Assembly (NCBI GenBank): GCA_036630325.1
Contig: CP142727.1
Span: 744,001-808,000, forward strand
From: Vairimorpha necatrix
Lineage: Eukaryota
Direction of reading: 5' to 3'
DNA: 64,000 bases
A model generated the notes under the pieces. That model worked only from the letters and a program-made list of their open reading frames with translations, was not told where the DNA came from and made no database searches. A program made the position numbers and the translations under genes. Of this stretch, positions 62,998 through 64,000 are shown one piece after another. How positions within the stretch are numbered: the first letter of the stretch is position 1; each line of letters begins with the position of its first letter.

Positions 62998-64000
62998 GGC
63001 GCTACTAAATTATCTCGGCCACTTTTTAAAAGAGGGGTAAAAAAAATAAAAATTGGTAGATAGAAAATTTTTACAAAAATAGAAAAAAACAGACTTAAAA
63101 TTTAAGATTTTTATTAAAATTTTAATTGGAAGATGTAGAAAAAAGTAGTATTATCTTAAAGAGGGTCAAAAAAGGGATTTAGAGTCATAATTATTTATAT
63201 TTCTTTTTTTCCATACGAATTCATTTAAAAATATTTGGATTCTCTTTTTATATACACCACCTCGTGCACGATATTGCTGCTTCAAATGAGACCACAGAAT
63301 TTCAATTCGATTGGTGTTTGTTCCTCCCTGTGTGCTTAACCCTTTACTGTGATTTACAACGTAATGAATTGACCCAAATTTACGCACTGCCTATGGATAC
63401 GAAAGATATCCATCTGTTACTATTATAGAACCCGGCTTAACATATTGTTTGAAAAACTCAAATATTGAATCTTTTTTTCTGTTTGGAATTATTTTTAAAA
63501 CAAAATTTCTGAAATTATCCTTCGCTACGCCGCCTAAAATTCATTGTATCGTAGGAATATCATCATCTAAACTTGATGAATTTCTCGATTATTAACCCAT
63601 ATCAGCTAGCAGTTTCGTCGAATTGTACTATGACGCTTTCACCGCCAATCTGTTTCTCCTCTTGTTCTCTTTCCCCAATCAGTTCATTAATTATGTTTTT
63701 TAGTTTTATGTAGGTTGGCTCAGATATTTGGCATAAATTTACTGCGTGATAGCTTCTGGCGTTAAAAACCCAGCAATGTATTCCTTTTAAAACTTTGTTT
63801 GCATCAATTCTTATTTTTTCTAACTTTGAACCCTTACTTGTGGACATCCTTCTCCTACATGATGTGTTGACACATCGGAAAACTTTCCCGTCTAGTGCTT
63901 TTCTCTCGGTTTGTAAGCGATTAGCACTACCACACTTATCACAAATAATAGAACTCCGAAAAACATTATGTCTTGTGAAAAATATCAATGCTCTTTCGTT
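62998..64000 (-). mobile_element. Merlin transposon (duplicate of 36119-37317), cut by the window end
   Basis: GAACTATG followed by TIR GGCGCTACTAAATTATCTCGGCCA; ORFs 63166..63387 and 63602..63988. Confidence 0.9.

Larger units (their letters stand above)
44635..64000. repeat. Large direct segmental duplication, a mosaic of 1-6560, 13243-17570 and 32460-37120
   Basis: Line-by-line near-identity with scattered substitutions: 44635-55040 to 1-6560 (plus a Gypsy insertion), 55028-59350 to 13243-17570, and 59340-64000 to 32460-37120. Confidence 0.92.

Noticed and set aside
1-64000. CRISPR array, rRNA, telomeric repeats or prokaryotic operon
   Set aside because: No regularly spaced repeats, rRNA motifs or telomere arrays were seen. 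The IS1595-like transposases fit eukaryotic Merlin elements in this context.

Overview
AT-rich, gene-poor, transposon-dense eukaryotic DNA, most likely from a microsporidian (inferred from intron-less compact genes with AAATTT...CCC/GGG motifs just before ATG, plus Merlin, Ty3/Gypsy and R4/Dong-like elements). The few host genes are all regulatory: five copies of a minimal class I cyclic-nucleotide phosphodiesterase (only 17487-18329 is full length), four atypical homeobox genes, and a frameshifted PKA regulatory subunit. Region 44635-64000 is a second, shorter copy of 1-37120, and its two internal junctions fall in or next to paralogous homeobox and PDE genes, giving chimeric paralogs. Mobile DNA includes one intact young Gypsy element (124-bp LTRs), two decayed Gypsy elements with 43-48 bp LTRs and no room for a protease, two non-coding micro-LTR (TRIM-like) elements, three solo LTRs, six Merlin copies or remnants, eight REL-type LINE pieces, and four copies of a ~780-bp tRNA-headed SINE-like element. 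All calls come from reading motifs and aligning by eye; no searches were run, and the ends of decayed elements are approximate.
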